Made by a program: the position numbers and the translations under genes. The notes beneath the pieces are model-generated. The model saw only the letters and a list, made by a program, of their open reading frames with translations, made no database searches and was not told the origin of the DNA. A stretch of DNA of 64,000 nt from an uncultured Chloroflexia bacterium (GTDB taxonomy: Bacteria > Chloroflexota > Anaerolineae > CG2-30-64-16). Of the stretch, positions 47,058 to 57,387 are shown piece by piece. Within the stretch, counting starts at the first letter, position 1. Every line of letters starts with the position of its first letter. The stretch is from contig CAWEMM010000012.1 in assembly GCA_963810095.1 (NCBI GenBank), positions 128,001 to 192,000 of the forward strand. Direction: 5' to 3'.

Positions 47058-48317
47058 ATGAGCGAAATCATCAACAACCGGCGCCAGCGCGTCGAAATCA
47101 TGAAGAGCCTGATCCGCCAGCTCCATTCGGGCGAGGCGGAAGAACGTGTGAAATCGCAACTGGAAACCATGCTGGACGAGGCGGACTACAGCGACGTCTT
47201 CCTCATGGAAGTGCAGCTCGTCCAAGAGGGCATCCCCGCCGAGAGCATTCAGAAGCTCTGCGACACGCACACCCGCGTCCTCAAGCGCCACCTCGACTTG
47301 CAGGAAACGCCGGAAACCATCCCCGGCCACCCGGTGCATACCTTTGTCCAGGAGAACCGCGAGCTGGTCCGCACGGGGGCGCGGGTTCGCCTGCTGATGC
47401 GCCAGATGGAGGCGCTGCCCGACGAGGCGGACGCGACCGACGCCATGCGCGATATCCAGGGTCTGCTCAACAATCTCATGGATGCGGACAAGCACTACCG
47501 GCGCAAGGAATACCTGTTGTTCCCCTACTTCGAGAAAAACGACCTGCCCGGCCCGCCCATGGTGATGTGGGGCAAGCACGACGAGATTCGGACGACGCTG
47601 CGCGAAACGATTGCCGGCCTGCAGGAGATCGAAACCATCACCGCGGCCGAAGCCAGGGCCTACTACCTGTTTACCATCGCGCCGGCGCTCGAAGCCGTAG
47701 ACGACATGGTCTACAAGGAAGAGAAGATCCTCTACCCCACTGCGCTGGACCTGCTGACCGAGCAAGACTGGTACGAGATTTATATCCAGAGCGACGAGTA
47801 CGGCTATTGCCTGTATGCTCCACAGTTCGAGTGGGCGCCCGAAGGGGGTGTGCACACGGAAATCCGGAAGCCGGCAGCCGCGGGCGGTCGGGTGCAAATG
47901 CCCACCGGGAGCTTTTCGCTCGACGAGCTGATCGCCACGTTCAGCGCCCTCCCCTTTGACCTGACCTTCGTCGATGCGGAGGACACGGTACGCTACTTCA
48001 GCCCCGGCAAGGATCGCATCTTCGACCGGTCACGCGCCATCCTGGGGCGGAAGGTCCAGTATTGCCACCCGCCCAAGAGCGTTCACATCGTCAACCAGAT
48101 CGTCAAGGACTTCAAGGCGGGCAAGGAGGACCGGGCGCGCTTCTGGATCAACATGGGCGGCCGGCTGATCTACATCTGCTATTACGCGGTGCGCGATGCA
48201 AAGGGGGCCTACCTGGGCACGCTGGAGGTCACGCAGGACCTGAGCGAGGTGCGCCAGCTCGAAGGAGAGCGCCGGCTCCTGACGTACGACGCAGCGCTGC
48301 AGGCCGAAGGGGCATAG
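47058..48317 (+). CDS. DUF438 + hemerythrin + PAS domain protein
   Basis: LCDTH, GHPVHTF..EN, HYRRKE, MWGKHDE, KEEKILYP, PAS with CHPPKS. Confidence 0.88.
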   Translation: MSEIINNRRQRVEIMKSLIRQLHSGEAEERVKSQLETMLDEADYSDVFLMEVQLVQEGIPAESIQKLCDTHTRVLKRHLDLQETPETIPGHPVHTFVQENRELVRTGARVRLLMRQMEALPDEADATDAMRDIQGLLNNLMDADKHYRRKEYLLFPYFEKNDLPGPPMVMWGKHDEIRTTLRETIAGLQEIETITAAEARAYYLFTIAPALEAVDDMVYKEEKILYPTALDLLTEQDWYEIYIQSDEYGYCLYAPQFEWAPEGGVHTEIRKPAAAGGRVQMPTGSFSLDELIATFSALPFDLTFVDAEDTVRYFSPGKDRIFDRSRAILGRKVQYCHPPKSVHIVNQIVKDFKAGKEDRARFWINMGGRLIYICYYAVRDAKGAYLGTLEVTQDLSEVRQLEGERRLLTYDAALQAEGA

Positions 48318-48319
48318 CC

Positions 48320-48847
48320 ATGGAGATCACCAGACGCAGCAGGCTCCTCGACGTGCTGAAGGCGTACCCCTTCCTGGAAGAACAGATCGTCGAGATCGCG
48401 CCGCCCTTCAAGAACCTGCGAAACCCGATTCTGCGCCGCACGGTCGGCCAGCTTGCTACGATCGAGCAGGTAGCCCAAATTGGGGGGATCGACGTGGTTG
48501 GCCTGGTGAACCGCCTGCGCCGCGCCGCCGGTCAAGCCGAGGTCGTCGAGACGCCTCGCTCGCTCCCCCAGCCAGACCACTTGGAGGGTGACCCCGACTG
48601 GATCGCCGGCGCGCCCGCCCACACAGTCGACGGCGACCGCCTGCTGGCCGATGGCGAAGTGCCGCTGGAGCACGTCAACCAACTGCTGGCCGGCGTCCCA
48701 GCGGACGGCCACATCCTCCTCGTGACCGAGTTCGAGCCCACGCCCATCATCGACGCCATGCGCAAGCAGCGCCGGCCTGTGCACCACAGCCAGGCGCCCG
48801 ACGGTGCGGGCCGGCACTACACCTACATTGGTGGCGCCGGTAAGTGA
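48320..48847 (+). CDS. DUF1858 domain protein
   Basis: DVLKAYPFL..FKNLRNPILRRTVG..AT; C-terminal FEPTPIID module; usual partner of DUF438. Confidence 0.75.
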   Translation: MEITRRSRLLDVLKAYPFLEEQIVEIAPPFKNLRNPILRRTVGQLATIEQVAQIGGIDVVGLVNRLRRAAGQAEVVETPRSLPQPDHLEGDPDWIAGAPAHTVDGDRLLADGEVPLEHVNQLLAGVPADGHILLVTEFEPTPIIDAMRKQRRPVHHSQAPDGAGRHYTYIGGAGK

Positions 48848-48957
48848 TACACTCGCGGGGGGCCGGTCTCTGACCGTGCCCCCCGCTAATTCCCGGATAG
48901 AACCCAAAGCCTACCCTCCCGGGTCACACGCCTCCCGGATCCTCCCAACGATAACAA

Positions 48958-48974
48958 TTCACAACATCTTCACA
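48958..48974 (+). promoter_or_regulatory. TTCACA-N5-TTCACA direct repeat (OmpR/PhoP-type site)
   Basis: TTCACA at 48958 and 48969 upstream of the polyferredoxin gene. Confidence 0.45.
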
Positions 48975-49088
48975 GCCCGCACACCGGACCTTCGCTACAC
49001 CCCTGTAGCATAGGATCAGTGACACCTGCGGCGGCCTCCCACCTTCGCACCGCTGCGCCGGCAATCCAGTCACTGCTGTGGAGAGAGA

Positions 49089-50000
49089 ATGACCACGATC
49101 GTTCGCACACCTACATTCGGCAAAGTGAAGCCCCGCCGTAAGGGCCTGGCCGGGCTATTGACCCACCACACGTTCCGAAGGCTCACGCAGCTGGGCGTGT
49201 TCCTGTTCATCTTCGTCATGGCCGTTCGCCACGCAGTCGTGGGCGAGAACGGCGCCATCACGACCGCCTCCTGGGAGGCCTACTGCCCGTTCGGCGGCTT
49301 GGAAGGCCTGTATACCTTCGTCGCGTCGGGCGGCAAGACGGTCCCCCACGTCCACCTCTCGAACTTCGTCGTCCTGTTCGCCACGCTGGCCGTCGCGCTA
49401 ATCGCCCGCAATAGCTTCTGCGGCTGGCTGTGCCCGTTCGGGTTCATTCAAGACATGGTCAGCCGGTTCTCTGCGTTCGTGCAAAAGAAGGTGCGCCCGG
49501 TCCGCATGGCGGTTAAGACCCTGAAGACCCGCGGCAAGAAGCTCGCGGTGCTCGATCGCTACCTCCGGTTCCTCAAGTACGGCGTGCTCGCCTGGACGGT
49601 CATCGCGACTGCGGTTTATGGCTTCATGGTGTTTCGCGACGTGGACCCCTGGGCCGGGCTCTGGGGGCTGCTCGAGCTCAGTTTCGGACTCGGGACGCTC
49701 GTGTTGATCATCGTGCTCATCGCATCGCTCTTTGTCGAGCGGCCCTGGTGCCGCTATGCCTGCCCGCTCGGCGCGGCCACCGGGCTGGTGGGCAAGCTGA
49801 GCCCGTTCTATCTCAAGCGCGAGGCGGACGCCTGCAAGAACTGTGCGATCTGCACCAAGGCGTGTCCGATGGGGCTGCCCGTTCATGCGGCGACCACGAT
49901 CAAGAGCGTCGACTGCATCGGCTGCCTGGAGTGCGTAGACGAGTGTCCGCACAAGGGCGCGCTGGAACTGAAGCTGGGCCTGCCCATCTTCGGTAAGTAA
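49089..50000 (+). CDS. Membrane polyferredoxin (NapH/NosR/FixG-like 4Fe-4S binding protein)
   Basis: YCPFG, CGWLCPFG, CRYACPLG, CKNCAICTKACP, CIGCLECVDECP. Confidence 0.9.
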   Translation: MTTIVRTPTFGKVKPRRKGLAGLLTHHTFRRLTQLGVFLFIFVMAVRHAVVGENGAITTASWEAYCPFGGLEGLYTFVASGGKTVPHVHLSNFVVLFATLAVALIARNSFCGWLCPFGFIQDMVSRFSAFVQKKVRPVRMAVKTLKTRGKKLAVLDRYLRFLKYGVLAWTVIATAVYGFMVFRDVDPWAGLWGLLELSFGLGTLVLIIVLIASLFVERPWCRYACPLGAATGLVGKLSPFYLKREADACKNCAICTKACPMGLPVHAATTIKSVDCIGCLECVDECPHKGALELKLGLPIFGK

Positions 50001-50020
50001 CTTGGGGCTGGAGGCACACA

Positions 50021-50353
50021 ATGAAAGTCAACCCGTTTGTGTTCGGAATCATCATCCTGGCCGTGTTCTTCGGGGTGCTCGGCGGCGCCAAAGCCGCGGG
50101 CGTGTGGTCCGTGTCGGCGAAGGTGACGTCGACAGGGGAAAGAGTCGCGCCCACCGGCCAAAGCGTCGACGAGATCAAGGGGTGGATGACCCTTGCGGAC
50201 ATCACCAAGGCCTATAACGTGACTCTGGCCGACATCGTCGCGGCGTTCGAGTTGCCTGCCGATACGTCTGAGACGGCGCAGCTTAAGAACCTGGAGAGCG
50301 AGAAGTTCTCCGTGTCCAACTTGCGAGCGTGGCTCGCCGCTCGCCAACAGTAG
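50021..50353 (+). CDS. Small membrane-anchored hypothetical protein
   Basis: GGAGG RBS; N-terminal TM; EIKGWMTLADI motif. Confidence 0.75.
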   Translation: MKVNPFVFGIIILAVFFGVLGGAKAAGVWSVSAKVTSTGERVAPTGQSVDEIKGWMTLADITKAYNVTLADIVAAFELPADTSETAQLKNLESEKFSVSNLRAWLAARQQ

Positions 50354-50459
50354 AGCGCGGCGGCACGGGGCGGGCGTGACCCGTCCGTCCCATGCCGCGC
50401 CAAGCGCACATCTCCCCAACAGCCCGCACCATCTCCCCCAACAATGGACTGCCGCCCAC

Positions 50460-50488
50460 TTGCCATTCTATAGACCAGTCGTTATAAT
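50460..50488 (+). promoter_or_regulatory. Sigma70 promoter overlapping a TetR (LmrA/YxaF-like) operator
   Basis: TTGCCA-17 nt-TATAAT; spacer contains TATAGACCAGTCGTTATA imperfect palindrome. Confidence 0.65.
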
Positions 50489-50506
50489 AGCCTCGAGGAT
50501 ACGCAG

Positions 50507-51071
50507 ATGAGTGTACGCGAGCAAATTATCGAAACGACGTCACGCCTGCTGGAGCAGCAGGGTTACCACGCAAGCGGGTTGAACCAGATCGTCCAGGAAA
50601 GCGGCGCGCCGAAGGGGTCGCTTTACTACTATTTCCCCCTTGGCAAAGAGGAACTGACGGCCGAGGCCATTGAGCGCTCTGCCCGGGGGCTCACGACGAT
50701 CATCGAGACGGAGCTGGCGCGCTACGAGGACCCGGCTGAGGCGATCGAACAGTTCATGCACGGGCTTGCCGGGCACGTGGAAGCCTCGGAGTGCCGGGGT
50801 GGGGCGCCGATTGCGACGGTGGCTCTCGAGACGGCCGGGCGCAGCGACCGCCTGACCGCGGCGTGTCAGGCGGCCTACCAGAGCTACCAATCCGCGTTTT
50901 CCGCACGGCCTCGCGGCCGGCGGCATCGCGCCCGAGCGGGCGGCCCGGCTCGCCACGCTCCTCGTCGCCGCCATCGAAGGCGGAATCATCCTCAGCCGGA
51001 CGCAGCGCAGCGCGGACCCGCTCCGTCAGATCGCAGGAGACCTGCGCACCCTGGTCGCCCTAGCACGCTGA
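50507..51071 (+). CDS. TetR family regulator, LmrA/YxaF-like (frameshift near 50905)
   Basis: QQGYHASGLNQI..APKGSLYYYFPLGKEEL; second frame gives AIEGGIILSR. Confidence 0.85.
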
Positions 51072-51163
51072 CGTCACGCTGACGCGCTCCGGGCAGGCCG
51101 GCAGCAAGGTTCAGGACATCAGGCATAGGCCCCACAGCAAGCCACCCCGAAAGAGGAAGCATC

Positions 51164-52166
51164 ATGTCGTCGATTCTGGTCACCGGCGCCACGGGAAACG
51201 TGGGCCTGGAGGTCGTCAAGGAACTGGCAGCGGCGCGGCGCTTCCGTGGTCGCCGCGGTGATGGACGAGCGCGACACGCGCAAGCTCCCCGCGGCCGTTC
51301 GCACCGTCCCCTTCAATTTCGACCGGCCCGAGACCTTTGCGCCGGCCCTCGAGGGTATGGAGAAGCTGTTTCTGATGCGGCCGCCACAGATCGCCGACGT
51401 GGAGCGCTTCCTCCACCCGGTCATCGATGCGGCACAAGCCGCGGGCGTGCGCCAGGTCGTCTTTCTTTCGCTCATGGGCGTCAACCCGCGGGTGCCGCAC
51501 TACAAGGTCGAGCAGAAGATCCTGGCGTCAGGCCTGCCCTACACCTTCATCCGGCCCAGCTTCTACATGCAGAACCTGGACACGTTCTACCGGGACGATA
51601 TCCGGCTGCGCGACGAGATCTTCGTGCCCGCCGGCAAGGCAAAAACCAGCTTCGTCGACGTGCGAGACATCGGCGCGGTGGCCGCCATGGCGCTGACCGA
51701 GGACGGCCATGCTAACCGGGCATACACGCTAAGCGGCTCGGAAGCGCTCGACTACTACACTGTCGCCGACATCTTTTCTCACGTCCAGGGACGCCGCATC
51801 ACCTATGTCCGCCCGACCCCCGGCGAATATGCTGCCCGGCAGGTGGCGCTGGGTGTGCCCGACGAGTTCGTCAAGGTGATGCGCAGTCTGTACTGGACGG
51901 TACGGCTTGGCATCGGCGCCAAGGTAACGCCTGAGCTGGGCGAGCTGCTGGGCCGGCCGCCCGTCACCATGCAGCAATACGCCGCGAGACTTCGCGGCCC
52001 GGTTTGCGGCCGCACCCCCGGAGGAACGCGCTGTCGGCGCGCCCGCTGCCCGGCGCGGCAAAGCGGAACCTTGCTCGGCCGGTCGTCGAACTTCTGCAAT
52101 AGCGCGGCGCAGGCGCGGCGCCACGCGTCGGCCAACCTGTATGTCCCAAGCGTTCTTTCCGGCTAG
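51164..52166 (+). CDS. NmrA-like/SDR NAD(P)-binding protein (frameshifts near 51235 and probably 51985; end uncertain)
   Basis: ILVTGATGNVG; RPSFYMQN; SFVDVRDIG. Confidence 0.8.
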
Positions 52167-53612
52167 GCCAGCGGGAACACCACCGAGATCAGCCAGCCGA
52201 AGAAGAACGCGCTGCCGATCGCATAGGACCACGGGCGGTCGAACGCCGTGCTGCCCACCGTAAAGACCAGCAGGATCAGCGGCAGCAGCGGCATGAGCAG
52301 CACCAGGAACCCCATCGACGGCGCAAGGATCAAGGTCGCACCCAGCCCGACGACCAGCGCCACGCTCTGCCCCAGCCACCACAGCAGCCGCCCCCCCGCC
52401 CGCGCCCCCCACTGGCTGTATCCCGCGGCAAGGAACCACGGCAGGCAGGCGAGCCCAAGGATTGGCCAGCGCCACACGCGCTGGGGGATGGGCCACCACT
52501 GCACCCACACCACCTGCGCCATCACGCCGAACGCCAACACCAGCAGAACAAGGAAGACCAGTCCGCGGCCGGCCTCGCGACCCGTGGGCCGGTGAATGGG
52601 ACGGCTGAACAGCAGCCAGACGACGCCGGCAACCAGGAACCACAGCGCAACCGCCGCGCCCACCTGGATGCCGAGCAGCGTGGCCACCGGCAGAACCCGG
52701 CCGGCGAGGCCGACCACCAACGTCGCTGCCAGCGGCCCCACGAGCAGGCCCAGCCAGCGGCCGGTGCGCCGTCCGGCGTCCGGTCCTGGGCCGGCCACCC
52801 GCAGCACGGGCGCAAACGCGACCAGCACCAACAGCCAACCCACCAGGTGCAGCCCGTACCAGATAATCCGGCGGTCCACGTAGCCCGACGATCGCGCCGT
52901 TCCAAAAGTGCGCCCCAGCCAGTCCACGCGCCGCGGCGTGGCTCTCGTGGCGGAAGAGGATGCTGATGTGTTCAGCGAGGGGCACGACGATCATGTCGCG
53001 GGCGAGGCCACCCGCGAAGTCGTCGGACCGGCCGCCGGCCTGGGCCAGCAGACCCTCCGCATTGGCGACGAACCGTCCTTCGAGGCTGCCGGCCTGGAGA
53101 AGCAGGTTGCGCGGCGCATCCGGCCGCACGTCCGCGCCCGTTGGGGAAATCGCCACCACTGCAGAGTAGCGGTCGAGACCGGTGATGCCTGCTGTCATCA
53201 CCGCGCCGCTGCCCATCGAGTGCCCCAGCAGCGCCAGGCGGCTCCCGTCCACCTCGGGCTGAGCGACGAGCACGGCTGCCGCGGCCGCGATGTTGGCTTG
53301 CAGCGCATCGCGCACCAGCGGCGAAGGATTCGCGCCGTGGCCGTTGAAGTCGAAGAGGATGGCCGCGTAGCCTGCATGGGCCAGGCTGTAGCCATAGCCC
53401 AGCATGAGTTGCTTCGAACCTGCGAAGCCGTGTGCAACGACGACTCCCGGCACGGGGGCGCCAGCGCCGGCCGGTGCGACAAACAGCATGGGAATGCCGC
53501 CGGTAGACACGTCGCGCACCACGAGCCCCCGCCGGGGCGCGCTCACCATGACCCAGGATGCGACGATGAGGACGATGGCGAAAGCCAGCAGCAACCAGCG
53601 ACGTACGGTCAT
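52163..53612 (-). CDS. Alpha/beta hydrolase fused to a multi-TM domain (frameshift near 52925)
   Basis: VAHGFAGS, DFNGHG, GHSMG nucleophile elbow, EHISI; C-terminal TM helices in the second frame. Confidence 0.8.
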
Positions 53613-53765
53613 TGATCCCCTCCTACCCTTTGGTGCGCGCTTGTGGTGCGCGCTTGCCCGCGGTCGTGCGCAATCCCATGGAGACCTTTTTCAGGCATTC
53701 CGAGCGCTTTAAACCCGCGGCCTGATGTTCGGCGCCCGGCGCCCCCTGTGCTACAATCGCATTGT

Positions 53766-54581
53766 ATGCGATTCGACGATCCGACCAACCCCGCTGCGTG
53801 GCTTCTCGCCAGCTTCCTCGCCCTGGTCCTTGCGACAAACATCGCCTGGCTGGTCGTGCGGAAGCAGGCCACGGACCCCGCTTACCGGCGCGGTCCGCTG
53901 GCCGCGCTGGCGTGGGCGTTACGCAGCATGTTCTACCTGCTCGTGCCGTTTCTGGCGCTCAAGCAGGGTGTCGTGTCGCAGTACGCGCTCGGCCTGACGG
54001 AGATCAACTGGCCCGCGACGCTGTCGAACGGCATGGTCCTGGCCGGCCTGATCGTGGGCGGCCTCCTGTTTGGCTGGCTGGTCTATCGCCGCGCCTCGTT
54101 CGAAGCGCTTCACGACGGCCTGGCCGCGTCTGGGTCCCCCACTGCCGGCGGAGAACCTGCCCTGGCACGCCTGCTCGCCGGCCTGCGCGCGCCCGTCGAC
54201 GCGGCGCTGCAGCAGTGGCACTGGGCGTTCTACCGGGCCGCAGCCATCGGGTGGCTGATGCTCCCGCTGGCCCTGCCCGGGGCAGGGGTCGCCGACCGGG
54301 TACTGCTGGGTTGGCAGCACGACCCACTCTATTGGGGCGCATGGCTGGGGCTCGCCGTCGCGGGGCTGGAATGGGCGCTCGACCCATTTGTGCTCGTTCA
54401 ACTGAAGCGTCCGGGCGAACGGGAGGTTGCGCTGCGCCGTGCAGCGCTTGCCGTCGCTACCACGGGTCTCTTCGTGCTCACCCGCAACTTCTGGTTGTGC
54501 CTGGCGGTGCACGTCGTGGTCGAGACGCTCGCCGTCGGATGGTTCTCCCTCAGCACGCCGGCCCTGCCCGAAGGCGATTAA
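53766..54581 (+). CDS. CPBP/CAAX protease-like membrane protein (degenerate), probably leaderless
   Basis: Multi-TM; QQWHWAFYR in place of EExxxR; TRNFWLCLAVH; TGCTACAAT 8 nt before ATG. Confidence 0.6.
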   Translation: MRFDDPTNPAAWLLASFLALVLATNIAWLVVRKQATDPAYRRGPLAALAWALRSMFYLLVPFLALKQGVVSQYALGLTEINWPATLSNGMVLAGLIVGGLLFGWLVYRRASFEALHDGLAASGSPTAGGEPALARLLAGLRAPVDAALQQWHWAFYRAAAIGWLMLPLALPGAGVADRVLLGWQHDPLYWGAWLGLAVAGLEWALDPFVLVQLKRPGEREVALRRAALAVATTGLFVLTRNFWLCLAVHVVVETLAVGWFSLSTPALPEGD

Positions 54582-54680
54582 ACCACAAAGGGCCCCGCTC
54601 ACCAATGAGCCAGGGCCCCTTGCACTCTGCTGCGCTGCGGAACGGTGACCGTCCCGCTTCCCATTGCCCGGATGGTCCCT

Positions 54681-54989
54681 CTAGCGGACGATGAACCCCA
54701 GGACGATAAGCCCGGCCAGGATCCCGACCGCCGTAATGCCCAACCGCCGCAGGTCACCCATGACGTACGTGTAGTCGCTGATCCGGTCGACCCGGGTGTA
54801 CGAGCCGGACGCGCCCGCGCCGCGGGGGGTCTGGCCCGCCGAGCGCGAAGTCGCGCTGCGGGTCGACGTCGTCGGGGTGGCTGCCGGCGCCTGCGTGGTT
54901 GCAGTCTGTGAGGGCTGGCCGTCACCGTACATGCGGGGCTCAGATGCTTTGGGCGTGCGAGCCTGGCTCTTCTTTTGTTGCTTCGCCAT
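54681..54989 (-). CDS. Small tail-anchored hypothetical protein
   Basis: GAGG RBS; disordered N-terminus; DYTYVMGDLRRLG + C-terminal TM. Confidence 0.7.
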   Translation of the reverse strand: MAKQQKKSQARTPKASEPRMYGDGQPSQTATTQAPAATPTTSTRSATSRSAGQTPRGAGASGSYTRVDRISDYTYVMGDLRRLGITAVGILAGLIVLGFIVR

Positions 54990-55055
54990 CAGGAAAACCT
55001 CGTCAGGGATAAATGAGTCCAAACCTCGCTATTATAGGCCCAGTGGCTGTTATGG

Positions 55056-56681
55056 TCAATTCGGATGGCTCCCGTTGTCGTGCGGCCTGCGTCTCAGGCC
55101 GAGCCGTATGCGGGCCACGTCGCCGATTTGCGCAATCTCTTCGACCTTGAACAACCGCAAGACGATCAGATAGAACGCGCCGGCAATTCCGCCCGCCACC
55201 GCAACGATAATCAGGTACCCGAGCTTTCCCGCGGGCACCCGCGGGGTCAGGAACGCGGCCGCGGCTGCCGCGACCACTGCCATCATCACAGCCGCCAGCG
55301 AGCCGAATCCCAGGGTTCTCAGGACGTGCTGCCCGTGTAGCCGCGCCACGCTCCGGTAGAGCAGGACGGTCATGATCGTCGCGTGGGCCGCCTGCTTGGC
55401 CGAATCCGCGAGAACCAACCCGAGGAAACCGATGCGCTCCTTGAGCAGGAGTGCGGTCACGAAGTAGAAGCCGACCGAGATCACGCCGACAATCGCCGGC
55501 GTGCGCGTGTTCTGCCGGGCGTAGAAGCTGTAGTTCAGCAGGAAATCGACGCCGGCAAACGGGAGGCCGATCAGGTAGCAGCGAAGCGCCAGCGACGTCA
55601 TCGCCGCGTCCTGAGGGGTGAAGTAGCCGTGCTGGAAAATCAACTGGACGATGGGCAGGGACAGTGCGAACAGCCCTGCCGTCGCGGGCAGCAGCAGCAC
55701 GAGCACCAGCCGCAGCCCGCGGCCAAAAATGTTCCGGAACCCGTCCCAGTCGGCATCAATCGCGAAGCGGGACAGGCTGGGCAGCGCGGCCAGGGACACG
55801 GCTACCGGGATGAGGCCCAGCGGAAGCTGGATCAGCGTCGTCGCAAAACCCATCCATGCGACGCTCTGCTCGCCCGCGGCCGACGCCCAGCGCCCGTCGA
55901 CAATGATCTGGAACTGTGTCACGATCAGGCCGAGCATCAGAGGGACGTAGAGCCGCCCAATCTGGCGGACGGCGGGGTGCCGCCAGGCCGTCGTCAGTCG
56001 CACCCGGACGTCTCGAATGCCATAGCCCACGACGACGAGCTGCAGCAGGCTGCCGGCGACGATGCCAAGCGGCAGCACGTAGATGTTCAGCTTCCCGGCG
56101 AGGAGCGGCGTCAGGATGACGATGCCGAGGTTGAAGACCGCGGCGCTGAGTGCGGTATAGGAGAAACGGCGCAAGGCGTAAAGCAGCGCGGTGACTCCGC
56201 CGGTCAGCCCGAAGAACAGGACCGCGGGCGCGATGACGCGCAGCGAGTTCTGGAGCACGACCTGGAGATGCGGGTCTTCAAAGTTGCCGAGAAGGTTGGC
56301 GAGCGGACCCGAGAAGGCTTCGACCACCAGCACGAGGAGGCCCATCACGATGGCGATGAGGCTGAGGACCGCGCTGGCGACACGGGCGAGCTCGGCTCGC
56401 TGCTCGCGGCGCGAGTATTCGCTGAGAACGGGCACGAGCGCGGCGCTCAACATGCCGCCGACCAGCAGGTCGTAGATCATGGTCGGCACGCGGGCGGCCA
56501 GCCGGAACGCTGCGAGCTCGCCGCTGGCGCCGAAGTAGCCCGAAATCACCGCCTCGCGCAGCAGCCCGATGACCCGGCTTGCGACATTCCCCAGCCCGAG
56601 GATGCCCGCCGAGCGCGCGAGACCGGTGCCGGCGCGCTCAGCGCCCCGGCTTTCGGCACCTTCCCCTGCGGCAGGACTCAT
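55056..56681 (-). CDS. murJ: Lipid II flippase MurJ (MviN)
   Basis: SRVIGLLRE, VGGMLSAALVP, QLPLG, FQHG.F, FYARQNTRTP. Confidence 0.93.
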   Translation of the reverse strand: MSPAAGEGAESRGAERAGTGLARSAGILGLGNVASRVIGLLREAVISGYFGASGELAAFRLAARVPTMIYDLLVGGMLSAALVPVLSEYSRREQRAELARVASAVLSLIAIVMGLLVLVVEAFSGPLANLLGNFEDPHLQVVLQNSLRVIAPAVLFFGLTGGVTALLYALRRFSYTALSAAVFNLGIVILTPLLAGKLNIYVLPLGIVAGSLLQLVVVGYGIRDVRVRLTTAWRHPAVRQIGRLYVPLMLGLIVTQFQIIVDGRWASAAGEQSVAWMGFATTLIQLPLGLIPVAVSLAALPSLSRFAIDADWDGFRNIFGRGLRLVLVLLLPATAGLFALSLPIVQLIFQHGYFTPQDAAMTSLALRCYLIGLPFAGVDFLLNYSFYARQNTRTPAIVGVISVGFYFVTALLLKERIGFLGLVLADSAKQAAHATIMTVLLYRSVARLHGQHVLRTLGFGSLAAVMMAVVAAAAAAFLTPRVPAGKLGYLIIVAVAGGIAGAFYLIVLRLFKVEEIAQIGDVARIRLGLRRRPHDNGSHPN

Positions 56682-56772
56682 GCTCGGTTCGGCTGCTCTC
56701 GATCGGCTCGCGTAAAGTTAGGTCGTACGAGGTGAGGGCGCCCGCCCGCGCCCTGCGCCACTACAAGAGATG

Positions 56773-57252
56773 TCATCCCGCATCGGGCAGAGAACGGATG
56801 CGCTCGATAATCAAAGTGGTCGAGCGGTCGGGCACATAGGGCAGGAAGGCTACCCGCCCGCCGTAACCTTCGACGATCTCCGCCTCTGGGGGTCGTGGTC
56901 CACCCGGCCGTCCCCAGTCCCCGCCCTTGACATAGACCGCTGGCCGCAGCGCCTCGACCAGCCCCGACGCGGTCAGGTCGTCGAAGATCACGACCACGTC
57001 GACGCAGCCCAGCGCCGCCAACAATTCCGCGCGATCCGCCTGGGGCACCAACGGCCGGCCCGGCTTTCGAGCCGCACACGACGCGTCGCTGTTCAAGCCG
57101 ATCACCAACGCATCGCCCAGCGCGGCCGCGGCCTGCAGATAGCGCACATGTCCGACATGCAGCAGGTCGAAGTGGCCGTTGGTAAAGACGACGCGGCCCG
57201 GCTGTTCGCTCCGCCACGCCGTTGCCTCGTCAAGAGTCAGAACGCTGCCCAA
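56773..57252 (-). CDS. RfaE domain II / TagD-like nucleotidyltransferase
   Basis: FTNGHFDLLHVGH, GLNSD, KPGRP, YVKGGD, STT. Confidence 0.9.
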   Translation of the reverse strand: MGSVLTLDEATAWRSEQPGRVVFTNGHFDLLHVGHVRYLQAAAALGDALVIGLNSDASCAARKPGRPLVPQADRAELLAALGCVDVVVIFDDLTASGLVEALRPAVYVKGGDWGRPGGPRPPEAEIVEGYGGRVAFLPYVPDRSTTLIIERIRSLPDAG

Positions 57253-57272
57253 CAGGAATCTCCCCTGCTCCG

Positions 57273-57387
57273 GAAACCGGGTTTCTTCGGGAAACCGCCA
57301 GCGGCACGTTCGGAGACCGGCCCCAGCCCCCGTTCCGATGCTGCGATTCGTCTAGAAACCAGGTTTCTTCGAGAAACCTGGTTTCTC
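57273..57387. repeat. Two AGAAACCnGGTTTCT nested-palindrome repeats
   Basis: GAAACCGGGTTTCTTCGGGAAACCG (57273) and AGAAACCAGGTTTCTTCGAGAAACCTGGTTTCTC (57354). Confidence 0.8.
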
